A stretch of 63,982 bases of DNA, the filler included, from Basidioascus undulatus (taxonomy: Eukaryota), in the NCBI GenBank assembly GCA_000826855.1. It is 14 parts of 14 records of this genome, joined end to end, with 100 filler letters (N's around TTAATTAATTAA, not from the genome) between each part and the next. Parts side by side here need not be neighbours in the genome. Positions count along the whole stretch, not along the records: positions 12,457 to 15,418 come from JTLS01002558.1; positions 15,519 to 18,503 come from JTLS01002559.1; positions 18,604 to 42,415 come from JTLS01000256.1; 11 more parts are not named here. One strand, written 5' to 3'. Under the pieces are notes generated by a model. The model was given only the letters and a program-made list of their open reading frames with translations, had not been told where the DNA came from and searched no databases. Positions 12,457 to 24,611 of the stretch are shown here, piece after piece (the stretch's first letter is position 1; every line of letters begins with the position of its first letter). A program made the translations under genes and the position numbers.

Positions 12457-14278
12457 GGAGGAAAGGTGGGAGGAGGGGATGCGGGTGGTGTGCGAGCGCG
12501 GGGGGAGCTCCGCCGTGGGCGTCGAGCGCCGAGTCGGGGACGTCGTGCTCGCAGTTGGGGGCCGGCGCTGGTACAGGTCGCGCAGCTGGGCCTGCGAAGG
12601 GCTGTTGTCGACCGTGTTCCTTCGCGTGCGACGGTACGGCGTGGAGGAGGGGGGGGTACGCTGCTGCTGTATCTGCTGCAGGTTCGTCGTACTCGCCGCC
12701 GAAGTGGGCGTCTTCTCCGGCGAAACCTCCTGCAACTGTCTCAGCGCCGCCGGCACGCCCTTGCCCGAGTCGTACGGGCTTAGAAGCGCGCGCAAGTCCG
12801 GGTCCAGCCTGTCCAGCCCGAAGCTCTCCTCCCCACCACCCTCCTGTTCCAGCGCCGCGGAGGCCTCCCGCGAGGCGATGAGCACTTTCATCCGCTCAAA
12901 CGTGTCCTTCATCTCCTGCAGGCTCCAGCGCCGCGCTGAGGCGGGCGAGAGGTCGCGGAGGTCGGGCGGGCGCGGGAGGGCGAGCGGCGGCTGGGGCTCG
13001 GCGGCGGGGAGCGTGGGCGACGCGGACTCGGAGACGGCGGCGGTGCCCTCGCTTGTGCCTTCAACGAAGAGCGCTGGGGCGGGGGCACCGGAAGCGGAGG
13101 AGGACGTGGAGGCCGGGGGCAGGTTCTGTTGCAGTGCGCGCAGCTCGAACACGACGTCCTGCAGAGGGCTGCGCAGGCCGTCCTGTGCTTCGCGCGCGTC
13201 GGGCGCAGCGGTGGCAGCGGCTAGATCGATGTGACCCGCATCTCCATGGGAAAGCTGCGAGGCGCCGCCGCCGCTGGAGGGCGGTGTCGGTAGCGGCTGA
13301 TGGTCGTCCGCGCGCGGGGAGAGAGCGAACGGGAAGGGATCGTTGGTGAACGAGTCGTCCCCGGCGGGGTTCGGAGAAAGGGTAACGGATTCTGGGGCGG
13401 GCGGGGAAAGGGCTGAAGAGGAGGGTGATATGGGGAAGGATGCCGAAAGTTGGAGCGGAGGAGGAGGTGGGGGTGAGGTGCGGGATGACGCCGCTTCGCC
13501 GGAAGCCGTGAATTCGTCTGTCGAGCCGACTGTCAGTCCGCCGCCTACCGTTCAGACAGAAGAGCAAAGCAAGCTCACCGGCCAGATTCCGAGCTGCCCC
13601 ACTGGTCTCGCCTGTTCGCGGCTCCATATCCGGCAAGACGAACGCGTCCGTATTCGGCGTCGCGGGTATAGGGCTGAGCCTCCGCGCCGCGGCGCCTCCC
13701 GCATCGCTCTCAACCTCGCCCTCGCCCCTGCACTCGAAACTTTCGTCGCCCTTGCACATGAAACTTTCGTCCGAGACGCGTCGCATGGCTTTGGGGGGAA
13801 CGAGCCCGCCCGGACGGCTAATGACGACTACCTCGTCTGACTCCTCTGCAAGGGAGGGTTGCGAGGGCGGTTTGGAGGTTGAGGTGGACAGGGAGGAGGT
13901 GCTGGAGATAGCGGTTGGGAGAGATGATCGTCGTGCGGGAGGAGTGGCGAAGGAGAAGGGCCTGGCGAAGCGGGAGCGCAGAGAGCGGATGGAGGGGAGC
14001 GTGCTGCCCCCGCCCCCGCCCCCGGTCGCGCTTGCACCCCCGCTGTTATGGGAGCTGTTCGAGCTGGTCGGGGATGTGAGGGATGTGGATGTGGGACGCT
14101 TGGGGAGCGCCGAGAGCGGGAGGGAGGGCGTGCGCGAGTGCGAGGACGGGCGGGGGAGATGCGAGGGCGAGGGGGTGTTGGAGGGAGTGGAGCAGGTTGA
14201 TGAGGATGGCGCGGAGGAGAATGACGAGCGCGAGCGCGGCACGGGAAGGAGAGACGCCACCGCCACTGAGAGTATCAA
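12457..14278 (-). CDS. Hypothetical Ser/Pro-rich, largely disordered protein; start unresolved, 3' end truncated
   Basis: Two long GC-rich open exons (about 14278-13580, and about 13530 to the contig end) are joined by a GTGAGC...CTGAC...AG intron. One short helical patch (RRWSLQEMKDTFERMKVLI); no recognised domain. Confidence 0.55.
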
Positions 14279-15051
14279 GGCTGGTCAGTACGCAAGGAAT
14301 CCATCAGTAGGGGGTCTTGAGGAGACGCACTGGCAGCGAGTTGGGAGGGGGATGTGGGGCTCGCAGTGCAGCCTCAACAGGTGCGCCTGCCCGCCTTCGA
14401 TGTACGCGAAGCGCTGAATGTCAAGATCTGTAAGAGCACGGTCATTTAGGGTCTCAATTTTACCAAGAAACCCATCCAGCCCATGCAGCAGAGCAATCCA
14501 CTCCGCCCAGCATCCCCAGCCTGCACGCGGCTCCGCCGCTCCCAAACTTACCTCAAGACGATACAGGTCCTCTCGCGGCGCTCTCAGACGGAGAGAGCCA
14601 TTCGGCGCGGTCTGGTAGTAGAAGGACCCTGGGGATACACAGCGATGATGGGAACCGCCAAGGCTGGAAGGCCGAGAGGAAGTTCAAGAGATCAGCAGCA
14701 GCGCACGCGCCCTCACGCGCCTTCGGGCCGAGTGCAGGGATGCCGAACGTCATGTCCGAGTGTCTGACAGGACTTCATTTTCGAAAGTGCGCAACAGTGC
14801 GCAAGGAAAGGAAAGGTTGATGTTAAGGCGGATTCTCGATCGAGTGAAGTCGAAAGGCATGGACGGGCGCAAGCAAAGCGAAAGTGGGGTCGATGTGTCG
14901 CTGATCGCAACGAGGCGGCGGGCACTGGCCGCTGTGAGAATTGCCCATGCCAGCCTGCTCCATCTCACAAAGACGCATGAGAAAAACCAAGTGTACGCCA
15001 TTCAGTCCCGACCGCACATCCTAATAAATCTATGCACCTCCTTCCTCCACC

Positions 15052-15368
15052 CTACCCCTCCCACACCTCCCTCCCCCTCTCCTGCCCCCTGAGCCCATCC
15101 CAAGCCGGCCTCACCCACATGCCCTCCCTCGGCAGCTCCCTCCCGTCCTTCCCCAGCTCCTCCTCCACCACGCTCCTCGCCTCCCTCGCCCACCCGCGCG
15201 GCTCCGCCCCTGGGCGCAGCAGCGCCTCCCCGAGCGCCTCCCAGTCGGCATGTGGGACCTGGTGCCCGAAGCCGAAGGTGTATGTCCGTGCGGGGCGGAG
15301 CGTGAGCGAAGTGGAGATCGCTTGGGCGACGCCGAAGTGCGAGGCGTGCGGGAGGAGGCGGAGGCAGT
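15052..15368 (-). CDS. PhnP-like metallo-beta-lactamase-fold hydrolase, last exon
   Basis: Frame not shown in the ORF track: DCLRLLPHASHFGVAQAI..LRPARTYTFGFGHQVPHADW...MWVRPAWDGL..*. It matches the PhnP C-terminal motifs H-x-S-H-F, G-F-x-H and P-A-x-D-G-L. Splice acceptor at 15369-15370. Confidence 0.75.
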
Positions 15369-16573
15369 CTATTAGGAGGAGGGGGAGGGGGGAGGAGAGG
15401 GAGAGGGAGAGGGAGGAGNNNNNNNNNNNNNNNNNNNNNNNNNNNNNNNNNNNNNNNNNNNNTTAATTAATTAANNNNNNNNNNNNNNNNNNNNNNNNNN
15501 NNNNNNNNNNNNNNNNNNCAACGCGCATACATCTTCACCACACCACCCTCTCCGCCTTTCCCCTTTCTCACTCTTTTCCGCGCCCCGCACAATCCCATTC
15601 CAACGCTACCCCGACCCTCCGAAGTCCGCCGCGACATCCACAATCAGGCACCGCAAACCCCTCGTGCTCGTCAAGGAGGACGAGACGCCGAGCCGCAGGC
15701 GCGCGGCGGCGGCGGGGGAAGGGATGGACGTGGAGGGCGTTGCGGACGGTGGGGAGGAGACGCCGGGAAGGGGGAGCGTGAGGCCCGCACTGTTGGCTTT
15801 CGCGTAAGTAATGGTCTGGGAGAGAGGGGAGATGGGAAGGACAAGATGAGAGGCGAGGCTGATGAAGGTGCTATGGTCGGGGCGCGTACAGATACAATGG
15901 CGGGACGGCGGTTGATAAGGTAGGTGGGAGGTGACGGACGTGCGGACTGAAGGGGGGGCTCTGGGAGTTGCTGTGGTCTGGACAAGCGATGTATGATAGG
16001 GAGGGGCAGGGACGATCACCGAGATGGGAGCTCGAGGACGACGCATCGGCAATTTGTATCATTACCACCACCACCCTCTGGCGCATTCCTGCATTGTTCA
16101 TTGATGACCGTATAGCCTGTGGTGCTTTGGTCTTGCGGGTTGCTTCATTCTAAGCACGTCGACTCCGAAAAATTCCTAGGCCTGTAATGTTTCACCCAAA
16201 CCTCCCTTCGAAGACCCTGTATCGCTTTGTGCTTCTGTGTAAGTGGCTATGCTGTCCTTATGGTAAGCAATACAAACCACATTTCTTGAAAGTTTTTGGA
16301 AAAAAAGAAAGAGGCTCGGAGGGTTTCTTCCTCGCCTCGGACTGGAAATGAGAGTTAACATAGGCTCATTGCGCAAACCTGAAAAGGCATCAGCTTCAAT
16401 TGACTCATACCGGGCGGATCTGATCTTCTGAATTGACTTCCCCGAAAATGTGCGTGTGTGACGTGCTGAGTTTTGGATCCGCAACAAGATGAACCCCACA
16501 CCCACGTTCTCACCGAGTCTTTCGACTTCAGCTACGTCCTACTCCAACCACCAGCCTATACTGGACCTGTGTC

Positions 16574-16777
16574 ATGAATGCTCCAATCCACACCATTCCA
16601 GCTGAGCTGCTTTCCCCGATCCTACAAATTGCAACAGACGGTGCTGCGGCCGCGGACCAGCTGCAGTACAAGGCTGTGCTTGCCCGATCTTTTCCCTTTG
16701 TAGCTCCAACATTGTTGGACTGTCCCTTGCCTTGGTTACCATCGCGCCTTGGTTGCTTGTTGTCCTTGGTGATGTGA
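16574..16777 (+). pseudogene. F-box-like N-terminal relic
   Basis: MNAPIHTIPAELLSPILQIA resembles the fungal F-box-like start (I-x-x-L-P-x-E-L-L-x-x-I). The frame closes after 67 codons with no spliceable continuation. Confidence 0.35.
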
Positions 16778-18029
16778 CCGGAGGAGCCGGAGTTGGAGCA
16801 GCTCGTCGCCTTGCCGACACCCTTGGGGGAAGATTTAGCGTCCTGTTCGGGTTCTTGCTCTTGTCGTCCTTTTGGGTGTTGCTGTTCTTCTCCTCCCCTT
16901 GCGTTCCTACATCAGAGCCGGGCTTGGTGGTAGTCTCATCAATGTCCCACTCTCCGAGCTGCTCACTCTTGACCCTTTCTGCCGTTTGAGGGACCGCGTC
17001 GATGGTGTGCCCTTCGAGTTATCCACCAAGCTTTCATTAAGATCCGCTTCTTGAAGCGGGAGTCACAGGCGTTAAGCAGCCTGTCTCGGATCATGCCCCA
17101 CCAACCTCGACTTCGAGTTCGAGGAGTTCGCGCACAAGAAGCTCGGCAAGGGCGGCGACGACGACGTGCGTACATCCCCCGTCGCCAGCACCACAGCAAG
17201 AACAGGGAAGGAAGCACCGCCGGGTGTACGGTCACGAGTAGGCCGCTTAGGCGTCGCTGCAGTACGTTCATTCTCTTGCGTCTGCGTCTTTTCAAGTCAC
17301 GCAGCTCATCACCTCTGCCGCTCAGTTTCCCCTTTTCTTCGTTATTTTTTTGTTTTGATACCCCATATATTCGATCCTGCTTTTCGTTTTCCATCCCACC
17401 TCTTCCATCCCCGCTCTAGACTGTGTCTGGATTCATATACCACCTGCCCACCGAAAAGCAGCATGCTCTCTCTTGACTTGTGCACGGCGCAGTGGATGTA
17501 GATTTCTACTTTCCGTTATATTTTTGAAGGAAAGGGACTCGTGATAATCAATAATACAAAATGTCGCGAGGAAAGTTGGACATGATATTCAGGAGCTGCA
17601 GCAGCGAGTGAACCAACGTCATCGAAGTCTCGGCCTTTGAATTGTTCTGAGAGCGAAAGCTCATTTAAGCCGAGGTGACTTCGAGAAAATGAGATGAGCT
17701 CAGTCAGCACCTCCACGGCTGCATCACTACAGGTTGTGGTTGTCAGACGAAACGAGATGCAGCACTCGGAACGGCGACGACCAGTGCGAAGGAGACGATA
17801 TCGACATCAGCATGTCGAAATACGAAAGATGAAGTGTTTGTCAGACATTGCTCAAAAGCGAAAAGCGAAGCTTGGTGAGCAGAAGACCGAGCGGTCGTAT
17901 TCTTTAACGTGCGCCTCGCACCCGTCATACCTGCATGCCCGCAAGCAGATGAGCACATTCAGCAAGCAACAACCTACATTCTCCCACCCCCCAATCCATC
18001 CTTCCTCATCCCATCCGGAAACACCGCAC

Positions 18030-18503
18030 TCAAACAGCCAAATACGCCGGCGGGGCGTCTTCCTCCTCCTCCTCCTCCTCCCTCTCGATCGGCGCGAACT
18101 CGAACCCAAGCACCGGCAGTGCCCTAAGTTCCCTCGGGATCTTGCTGTCCTTGCCAGCCTTGTTCTTGTCCTTACCTAGACGCACCCGCACCCACCACGA
18201 CGTCTTCGTCGTCTTCGCGGCTCCGGAGCCACTGTCGGCCGCGGTGTGGCACTCCTTGTGGACGGGGACATTGAGCGCTATCAGGAGCGCTTGGCGATCA
18301 CGGGTGGGCTGCGGGGCGCGCGAGGCGCGTGGGCTGCGCGCAGGGGAGGAATGCTCTGCACCGTGCCACCGGAGTCAGCAGCCTGCGGAGTTCGCCTGGA
18401 GAAGGACAGCGACGCACTGCTGGACATTGCGGATGTCGAGGAGGGTGGGGTCGCTCATTCGATTGTGGTTGTGGTTGATCATGCGTTGGATACTGTAGGG
18501 GAC
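18030..18503 (-). pseudogene. 3' part of a hypothetical gene interrupted by one TGA
   Basis: One frame runs from the contig edge (VPYSIQRMINHNHNRMSDPTLLDIRNVQQCVAVLLQANSAGC*LRW...) to EREEEEEEDAPPAYLAV*. Its single internal TGA is compatible with CGA>TGA. Confidence 0.35.
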
Positions 18504-18624
18504 NNNNNNNNNNNNNNNNNNNNNNNNNNNNNNNNNNNNNNNNNNNNTTAATTAATTAANNNNNNNNNNNNNNNNNNNNNNNNNNNNNNNNNNNNNNNNN
18601 NNNTCTTTCCCTCCCTCTCACCCA

Positions 18625-21600
18625 GTGACCCGCCCCCAACCCTCCAAGCGCACCTCCTCCCTTTCTCGGGGCTTCCAACCGACCCGCTCGACGCCGCCTC
18701 GCTCTTCCTGGGCTCGAGTATCGTCCTCTGCTCGCTCGGCGCTCTCGCACACGTCCCGGACGCGGTGGTGGACGCTGTACCCCCCGCGAGAGTTGCGCTG
18801 GATGGGGCGGCGTGGGTGGGAGGTGGCGAGGTGATGGTGCGCTCCTTCCCCTTTTTGGGTGGCCGGGTGAAGAGAAAGGGGATGGGAGGGCTGAGATGGG
18901 ATTGGGGATGGCGCGACAGTGGGTCTTGCACAAGTTTGGAGGGGCGATGAAGCAGGTCTCGTTCTGGGGCGATCCGGCGCAGCGTGCGTTGCGTGTTGCT
19001 TTCTCTTATTCTTTTCTGGACCGATGATGACTAGGACTGGCAAAGCTGACGGTGTGCGGAGGACGTGCAGGCCCGACCTCCGGCCCTGCCGAGCCCGTCG
19101 AGAACATCTTTGCTGTTAAACATCTCAAGGCGGGGGTGCTGAACCTCGAGAGGCAGTGTGCGTTTACTTCACCTCATCTTGTGGAAGAAGAAGTAAGAAA
19201 GTGGGGAGCAGGGCTGACTTGAGGAGGGAAATTGGAGAAGACCGCATGCCGTTTGCGCTCGCCCAGTTTTTGTCGAAAGAGGTGTACAGCGGAAAACTGC
19301 TGAGCGCTGAGAGCGAGGGGTGCGTTCGGCGCGCAGGTGCTTGAAATATCACGTGGCTCATTCGTTGTTGTCGGGGAAACAGGACGTGGGACTGCCTTGC
19401 GTTCGTGGATTGCAAGGCAGGCGAGCAGGCTGCGCCGGAGGGAGAGAGTTTCGTGGTGCTTTATTCTACCCGTCTCTCATCCCCACTGTTTCTCGGTTTC
19501 TCATAGCGTGTAGTGAATGCTAACGCAACCCCTTATCGCAGTCCGTCCCCGAGCAGCAAGCTATCCTCGACCTCGTCAAGAACTACTACGCCCACAAGCC
19601 GTACATCGTGCTCGTCCCCGCAGACTGCCCCGCCCAGCGCGACGCGGTCGAGCGCGCGCTCGTGGACGAGGGCGTGCCCGCGGAGGGGCGGGTATGCACG
19701 CTGGAGACATTCCAGGTGCGTTCCGTGCGAAGCGAGAGGGTCAAGTAGGATTGGCACTGATTGAAATTGGGTATGAATGAAGGGAGGAGAGTCGGAGGTC
19801 GTTCTGATCTCGCTCGTCAAGAGGGCGGACCGCGCCGCGGATGCGGAGGCCGCGGCGATGCTTGCGCGCTGCAAAGGGGCGGCGGTGGTTGTTACGCCTG
19901 TGCGTTGACCTTCCCCCTCCGTCGTCTTCCAGCCCCAAGCTGACGAGATAAACATTTGGCCCTCACAGCGCAAGCTTATCGCGTACAGCTCATCCAAGTC
20001 GCTCATCGCAAAGCTCGCCAAGGCGCGCGGCGAGAATGGCTGGGTGGAGGCGCGGGCTGTCGCGGAGGGGAGCGCGGACTTGCCAGGCGCGCCGGGGACG
20101 GTGAAGGTGGTGAGTTCGAGAACGATTACGGCTCGAAGGGTAGACGTGTAGGGAGCGGGAGCTGATCGTGTGCTGGGATCGGGGCGGGCAGGACGTCGTA
20201 CGCAAGAAGCCTAACACCCCCGCCTTCCCTCCCTCCCCCGCCTCGCCGAGCAAGACGAAGAGCGCGCCCGCTACGGCGCGCTTCACGCCCGCTGCTTCGC
20301 CCGTCAGCATCAAGCCGACGGCTCCCCTCCCCGGCCCGGCATCCTCACCCGTCAAGCCGACGCCAACCGCTTCCCATCCCACCGCCGCGAAGTCACCTCC
20401 GCAGCAGCAGCGCCACCTGGAGCCGACGCCCGCCCAGGCTGCGTCCGGCGCGTGGAAGCTGAGCCAAATAACGAAGACGGCCGAGTCGCCCGCGGAGGTG
20501 GTCAAGCCTTCGGAAAAGCGCCGTGAGGACCCGGCGGAGCGCAAGGGCAAGATTATCATTGGGAAGATGACGGGGAAGAATTGGCACACGCAGGGTGCGT
20601 CGTCCGGCCTAGGAATAGTACGAGCATGACTAATTGGGGTGGGGAGGCACAGCGTGTCGGTACTTGCTTAATAGGGAGAAGTGCCCTTATGGGGATCATG
20701 TGTGTTCCAGTTAGGTTGCGTGGCGGTGAGTGATCGTGAACGCTGATGTGCGGGGACTTTGATAGTGCACGTTCAAGCACGATCTCGAACCGGAGATCGT
20801 CCCGCCGCCGCGCAATAAGAAGACGCACCACAAACGCCCGCTGTCGCTGCCCGCGTTCGCGTCCCCCAAGCCTACGGGGGCGTTCACGCAACCTGGCGCT
20901 GCGCCCCCTCAGTATCAACTGCAGCAGCAGGAAACGCCGCCGCCGCCTCAGAAGGCGCCGTCGCCTCCACAGCAGCAGCAGCCGAGGAAGAGCTGTGCGT
21001 GCCTCTTTACGCGCCAACATCTTGAAGGCAGTTACTGACAGCCAGCGCCCATAGCCGCCCCGACGAGCACCGCGACCCCGTTCGTGTCCGCGTCCGTCCC
21101 GCTCACGCTCCCACCCGGGCTTGAGTCGTGGGTGCGCGACCCGCGCCCAAGCACGCCCCCGTCGTCGCTGCCCTCCAACTCGCCGCTCTTCCTCCGCCGC
21201 GAGCTGCCGGAGACCGAGGGTGGGAGCTCGGACGAGGTGCGTTCGCCTGGAAGATACAGGGGGAGAACGACAGCAGATTCGGGTGCTTTTGGGTGCGCAG
21301 TATGAGAGCGATGAGGAGGTCGGGATGCCTACTGCTGCTGAGGTGAGGATGTGATGCTGGATGGCGGTTCAACGGGTATTGAATTGCGTGGGGGCCAGAC
21401 GCGTTCTTCGGACTCGGGCAAGAAGGTCTGCGTCGACCGTATAGCGCAGAAAACTTCGACGTAAACTGATAGTCTTTGCGGGGCCGCAGTTCGGCGACTT
21501 CTCCGCCGTGCCCGACCCGAATCTCCCGCTCCTTCTCCCCGACATCAAAGCCGAGATGGCGGAGATCGCGAAGCGGTGGGGCGAGCGGCAGCGCGCGCCG

Positions 21601-24027
21601 ACGTCGCTCCTCGGTCTCGTCGAGCTCATCGTCCTCCACGTGCACCGCAACGACGCCAACTCGCTCCCGGCGCTCGCGCGCCTCGCCCAGGCCCACAAGG
21701 ACACGTTCGCCAGAGCCGTCAACCAGCCGTACCGCGGTTGGCCGCCGCTCATGTGGGCCTTATCGTGGAATGATCCGGCGCTGGTCAATGTGTGTATGAA
21801 GCGGTAACGAAGGGATTTTTGATGAGGAAGACGCTGATCGGGTTGGGAGGCAACAGTTCTTGCTCGATAATGGCGCGTCGCCTGATGCAGTCGGCGGTGG
21901 TGACGCTCGCATCCCGGCGCTGTACGTCCGAGTTGAGCCTGCCTAGTTGACGACGCTGACCTCGTTTTCGGATATCCTGCAGCGCTTTCTCCATCATCCA
22001 CGAGCACAGTCTTGAAAAGGCACGTCTTCTCTATCCTGCATACTGCAGCCGCATCGATCTACTTACGCTTCCCGCCGCCAACAGAGCGAGATGACGAAGC
22101 TTCTCCTGATGCGCGGCAGCAACGCCCTTGTCATCCCTACCCGCCTGCTCGAATCGACGATGCCGGCGCTGCGCACGCTGCCGGCGCCGCTGCTTGACGC
22201 CATTCAGACCGGGATGAGCTCGTGGGCGTCCGGCGGCTGGACCACCAGGCTCTCCGAGCACATGCCTCAGGCGATCCGGTGAGCGTCAGGCGGAGGTTGT
22301 ATGAGCGAGGCAATCAGAGCACGGGTCGCTGACATGCGAGGGACGCTATCGCCAGCTACATGGTCGCCAAGTTCATGATGGCTCAGGCCACGACGCCCGA
22401 GCAGAAACGCATCCTATCGTACCACTTGATGGGTGACCTTCCCAAGACGACGTAAGCGTTAGACTCCGACTGCCTTCTTGTGCGGCCGACTAATTACTGG
22501 CCGTCGCCTGGGTGGACAGCGCCGACATGATCGGGCAGGAGATGGCGTGCGACGAGCTCATTGAAGCCGTCGTCGCGCACCGCGACAAGGGCTCCAAGGA
22601 CCGCGCGCTCGTGTTGTTCTTCGCTGGTGCGTGTCTGAAAGTCTTTTTGGGAACCTGCGCAAGCTCATCGACGCCCGCGATGCAGGCCCGCCCGGCCATG
22701 GCAAGCGCCGGCTGGCGCGCAATAGTGCGTTTTCACTCTGATCGGCGTTGGAACGAGGCGGAGACTGAACGGCCCTTTCGCAAACGCAGTCGCCAGCGTC
22801 TTGAAGCTCGACATCTGCGAGATCGACCTCGGCCAGTATACGACGGAGACTGCGCTCTTTGGCAAGCCTTCGGCGCCGAGCGTAAGTGTTTGTGCTTCAC
22901 GGCAGAATTCGTTTCCGGTAGATACTGAAAAACGTGATATGGGCAGACATCGGGCTTGAACGAGTTCTTTGCTGAGCGCGACGGCGAGCGCGCTGTGGTA
23001 TTGCTGTCCGTCACCCTTTCGCCTCCCTGCTTGTCTCGCTCCAGTCGGTCTCACGCCTTCTCGTCACACACAGGGACGCTCCGGAGAAGCTCAAGCCGGG
23101 CTCCTCGCGTCTCTCCAAGATCTTGCTCCAGTTCGCGGACGGTCTGTAGTTTTGGTCGGACTTCGTGTACCCAAATCTCGAGGCTGACAGGGGCGGGCTT
23201 TGTAGGCTCGTACCTCGACAGGTGGACCGGCGGCAGCTGCGACTGCTCCGAGTTCATCTTCATCGTGACGAGCGAGGTCGGCAGCTCGACGATCCTCAAA
23301 TACGTCGATAACCATCCGTGAGTTGCACGGTGTGCATGGGCTTCGATGGTCTCTACTGATCTCGCGGAGGACGCAGGGAACGATTCGCTACGGGCTCGGC
23401 GAGCAAAGAAGTATGCCACAGGCTTCAGCACCTCCTCGAGCGCAAGATCCTCGCGAAGCTTGGGGTACGTGTTTCTCGCACATCACCCCAGTCGATGAAG
23501 TCTCATTCTTCATTGACAAAGGACTCGCTCGGCGAACTCATCATCCGCATCCTCCCCTTCACGCCTTTCGCCCCGCACGAATGTGCCGCTTTGGCCTCCC
23601 AGCTGCTACTCAATTCGAAGCGTCAGCTCGTCAGGTGCGCTATTTCCACGCTGTTGCGTGCCAACCGCATCCTAAGTTTGTTTGGTGCGCGGACGGAAGT
23701 CTCCTCGCGGAGAACCCAGAAGACGAACTTCTGGCGCAGCACCCGCTCTTCGGCGTCTCGGACGAACCGATGCTGGTCTCGCGCGTCCTCGCGCCCGCGT
23801 ACCAGTCGACCCACGCGCTCGGCGGGGTTGGGAGCCTGAGGACCGCCGTCGAGCGCTGGCTTGCCGACCCAGCCACTGCAGCCGCATCGAGCGTCGTCGC
23901 TCGCGCAACATCCGCGGGACCGCTCGCGGGACCGCCTCGCACGCAGTCGTCCTCCAATCAGGGCAGTGCGGGAGGGGGGGGTGAATGGGTCGAGGTTCAT
24001 GTAGGCCGACGCGGTAAAGGGCATTGA
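18625..24027 (+). CDS. Multidomain protein: degenerate SF1B (Upf1-like, AAA_11/AAA_12) helicase, CCCH zinc finger, ankyrin repeats, degenerate ClpB-type AAA+ (AAA_2); 5' end truncated
   Basis: About 27 introns splice into one open frame ending at the stop 24025-24027. Helicase motifs: IVLCSL, VALDGAA, FWGDPAQ, LERQYRMP, FLSKEVYSGKL, TLETFQG, VVLISLVK, MLARCK. CCCH: CRYLLNREKCPYGDHCTFKH. Ankyrin: GWPPLMWALSWNDPALVNFLLDNGASPDA, IPALAFSII..TKLLLMRGSN. AAA+: IGQEMA, LVLFFAGPPGHGK, LNEFFA..VVLLDAPEK, DGSYLDR..DCSEFIFIVTS, ILPFTPFAPHE. Confidence 0.8.
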
Positions 24028-24611
24028 GCACGCTTTTCACGCTTCCACACACCCTTTCTTTCCCTCCTTTATTTCCTTCTTTTCCACTCTTAGCACGTCT
24101 TCGCTTCCTTTCTTGGCCATTTCCCATTTCGCAAAGAAATCGCATCGTCGCACAGAACATCGCATCATTACCCCGAACCACACTCACTGATAGCTCTCGG
24201 CAACATCCATAAATATCTGTTTTGTATTAAAACAGCACAGGCCGTCTACGCGAGTATGCGGGCGTTGTCGGGTGAAAGCAAACCGCATACAGACGAGCTC
24301 GGCTGCCTGAGAAATTCTTTCTGTGAGCACGTCACCAACGCATTCGAGCTACAGATTGGGGCGGTTGTCATTTAAAAGTAAGGTGACTGATCAGGGTAGA
24401 GTTTAGGGTGGGACGTAGTGTCACATGCAACGACACGTTACTTTTGGACAGGTCAGGTCGCACCTCTGAGATAACACGAGTAGGCTGGATCAGGCCGTAT
24501 CAAGGGGACCCTGGCTGTGAATGACAAGAATTTGCATATAACACTCATGCAAAGCACGATATGACGGTATAACCAAGCACCCAAAGCTCGCAACGTAAAC
24601 CCCCCGTTTCT

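Noticed and set aside
12479..14417. Long plus-strand ORFs (251 aa, 221 aa)
   Set aside because: Antisense shadows of the GC-rich minus-strand gene; the same applies to the ORFs opposite YCF1, RhoGAP, ESS1 and RAP1.
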